From positions 2,694 to 66,693 of the forward strand of contig CAJWZD010000002.1 in assembly GCA_913049685.1 (NCBI GenBank): 64,000 bases of DNA, written 5' to 3'. This document shows positions 62,136 through 64,000 of this stretch, in pieces. This DNA comes from an uncultured Fidelibacterota bacterium. Its GTDB lineage: Bacteria; Fidelibacterota; Marinisomatia; Marinisomatales; TCS55. The notes under the pieces are model-generated. The model searched no databases, was not told the origin of the DNA, and saw nothing but the letters and a program-made list of their open reading frames with translations. The stretch's first letter is position 1, and the number at the start of each line of letters is the position of its first letter. A program made the position numbers and the translations under genes.

Positions 62136-64000
62136 ATGAAAAGAATTGCATATATCTCTCTTTTTCTGCTTTGTTCCGCATTGCAGGGTCAATCCTTTGG
62201 GCAAAATAAGGTTCAATATCGCGATTTTGAATGGAGCTTTATCTCCTCCCCAAACTTTGATGTTTACTACTATGGTGACGAGCTTGACCTAGCAACATTT
62301 ACAATGGAGGCAGCAAATGAAGCTTACGAGCAAATCGCAAAACATCTTAGATGGAATTTAAAGAAAAGAGTTCCAATCCTTGTTTATCATTCGCATAACG
62401 AATTCCAACAAAACAACGCCGTTGGTGTTTATATGTCCGAAGGGATTGGCGGTGTTACGGAGTTGTTTAAAAATAGGGTAGTCATTCCATTTGAAGGAGA
62501 CTATAAAGCATTTAGGCATGTAATCCACCATGAGCTTGTTCATGCAATGATAAATGATCTTATTTATGGTGGCAGGATGAATAATGTAGCTAGTGGCCAA
62601 GTCAGGTGGAGCATACCTCTTTGGGCAAATGAAGGTTTAGCTGAATACCTATCATCGAATTGGGATACTGAAGCTGATATGGTCATTCGTGATTTAGCTA
62701 TCAATGAGCGCATACCTACAGTAAAAGAGCTTGAGTACTATTTGGCCTACAAAGGAGGTCAGTCGGTATGGAAGTTTATAGCTGAAAAATATGGAAGAGA
62801 GAAAATAGGTGAAGTCTTCCAAGAGATGAAAAGATTAAGGGGAGCTGAAAAAGGATTTAAAAGTGCGATTGGTATGGATTTTGATGAATTAACAGAACAG
62901 TGGCACAAATATATTAAAAAAGAATTTTATCCCGATGTGGCAGGGCGAGATGAAGTTGATGATATTGCTAAAAAACTAACTGATCATAAGAAAGCAAGAA
63001 ACGTATATAATGTTTCCCCGTCAATTTCACCAGACGGGGGTAAAATCGCTTTTCTAACAAATAATCTTAGCTATTTTGATATCGATCTGATCGACGCTGT
63101 AACTGGCAAGAAGATTAAAAAATTAATTAAAGGTAGCAGGTCGTTGGATTTTGAAGAATTGAAGTTTTTACAGCCAGGAATTAGTTGGTCGCCTGATAGT
63201 GAAAGAATAGTTTTTGCAGCAAAATCTGGCTCAGGTGATGCACTTTATATAGTTAACGTTGATAGCGAAGAAAAAGAAAAGATTCCATTTGAATTGGATG
63301 GAGTTTTTAGTGCCGTGTGGAGTCCCTTAGGCGATAAACTGGCATTTGTTGGCTATGAAAAAGGTGCAAGCGATATATATATTTATGATATAAATAAAAA
63401 AGAACACTATAATTTAACCAATGATATCTATTCTGATTCAGAACCTTCTTGGAGCCCAGATGGTAATTCAATAGCATTTGTATCAGATAGAAAAAATGCT
63501 TTTAATAAATCAGCAACAACGTCTCAAGATATGATTTCAGTGGATTATGAGAGCAAAGATATTTATATAATTGATGTTAAGACAAAGAGCTTAAATCAAG
63601 TAACACGTACTGCCTACAATGAGGACTATCCGATTTTTTCAAACACTGAGGAATCTCTTTTTTATGTTGCCGACTCATCTGGTACATGGAATTTATTTAA
63701 ATATGACATTACAGGTAGGACCACATCAATAGTTACAAATCTACTCACCGGTATATTTCAATTGAGCTTAAATAAATTTGACGATGCTATGGTTTTTTCT
63801 GGTTACTCAAATAGGGGGTGGGATGTATATAGGTTAAATAATCCTCTTGACTTGAAGGAGGTAGAAGTAGAGCCAACTAAATTTGTATTAAACAAAGACT
63901 TTGTTGAAAAAGAAGAACTTGTTGACCTTCGAAAAGATAAATGGCGCGGAAGTGATTCAAATCAATCTGATTATTCTAGGCATATTTTTGCAATGGAGTA
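62136..64000 (+). CDS. Exported zinc peptidase MA-like domain plus TolB/PD40 beta-propeller protein (truncated at window end; missing from the ORF track)
   Basis: MKRIAYISLFLLCSALQGQSFGQNKVQY; HELVH at 62529 and NEGLAEY at 62628; repeated SPDG/WSPD/WSPLG. Confidence 0.85.
   Translation, partial: MKRIAYISLFLLCSALQGQSFGQNKVQYRDFEWSFISSPNFDVYYYGDELDLATFTMEAANEAYEQIAKHLRWNLKKRVPILVYHSHNEFQQNNAVGVYMSEGIGGVTELFKNRVVIPFEGDYKAFRHVIHHELVHAMINDLIYGGRMNNVASGQVRWSIPLWANEGLAEYLSSNWDTEADMVIRDLAINERIPTVKELEYYLAYKGGQSVWKFIAEKYGREKIGEVFQEMKRLRGAEKGFKSAIGMDFDELTEQWHKYIKKEFYPDVAGRDEVDDIAKKLTDHKKARNVYNVSPSISPDGGKIAFLTNNLSYFDIDLIDAVTGKKIKKLIKGSRSLDFEELKFLQPGISWSPDSERIVFAAKSGSGDALYIVNVDSEEKEKIPFELDGVFSAVWSPLGDKLAFVGYEKGASDIYIYDINKKEHYNLTNDIYSDSEPSWSPDGNSIAFVSDRKNAFNKSATTSQDMISVDYESKDIYIIDVKTKSLNQVTRTAYNEDYPIFSNTEESLFYVADSSGTWNLFKYDITGRTTSIVTNLLTGIFQLSLNKFDDAMVFSGYSNRGWDVYRLNNPLDLKEVEVEPTKFVLNKDFVEKEELVDLRKDKWRGSDSNQSDYSRHIFAME

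Overview
A gene-dense, AT-rich bacterial core-genome window with short intergenic spacers and many overlapping stop/start codons. Gene content and protein style (short region-1.1-less RpoD, DUF2723, DUF4835, DUF4175/DUF4159, Kdo/Lpt genes) suggest a streamlined FCB-superphylum bacterium, possibly Ca. Marinimicrobia; this is inference only. It holds about 49 CDS. Housekeeping genes: fabH 3' end, ybeY, mazG, holB, metG, tatD, rsmA, rpoD, rpsU, glmM, rlmD, valS, recG, cca, pyrG, rpoN, hflKC, argF. LPS/Kdo genes: kdsB/A/C/D, lptC/B, lpxH. It also has a Yip1-TolC-MacA-ABC efflux operon, a TonB-dependent receptor with a lipoprotein, and several uncharacterised envelope clusters. I saw no tRNA, rRNA, CRISPR array, prophage or IS element. 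Best leads: (1) an MthK-like K+ channel with an internal SD+TTG start and a separate cNMP-binding protein, mirrored by a cNMP-binding protein/AI-2E pair; (2) a DUF2723 (GT-C) plus GT2 locus, with Bacteroidota-type D-S/T-hydrophobic sequons in exported proteins; (3) an exported DUF4159-DUF4175-TPR-GATase-like operon facing a putative beta-barrel/TPR/BamE-like fusion across a palindrome; (4) an ECF-sigma promoter before the efflux operon; (5) probable leaderless mRNAs and a plant-like OTC. All family assignments come from motif recognition, not database searches.
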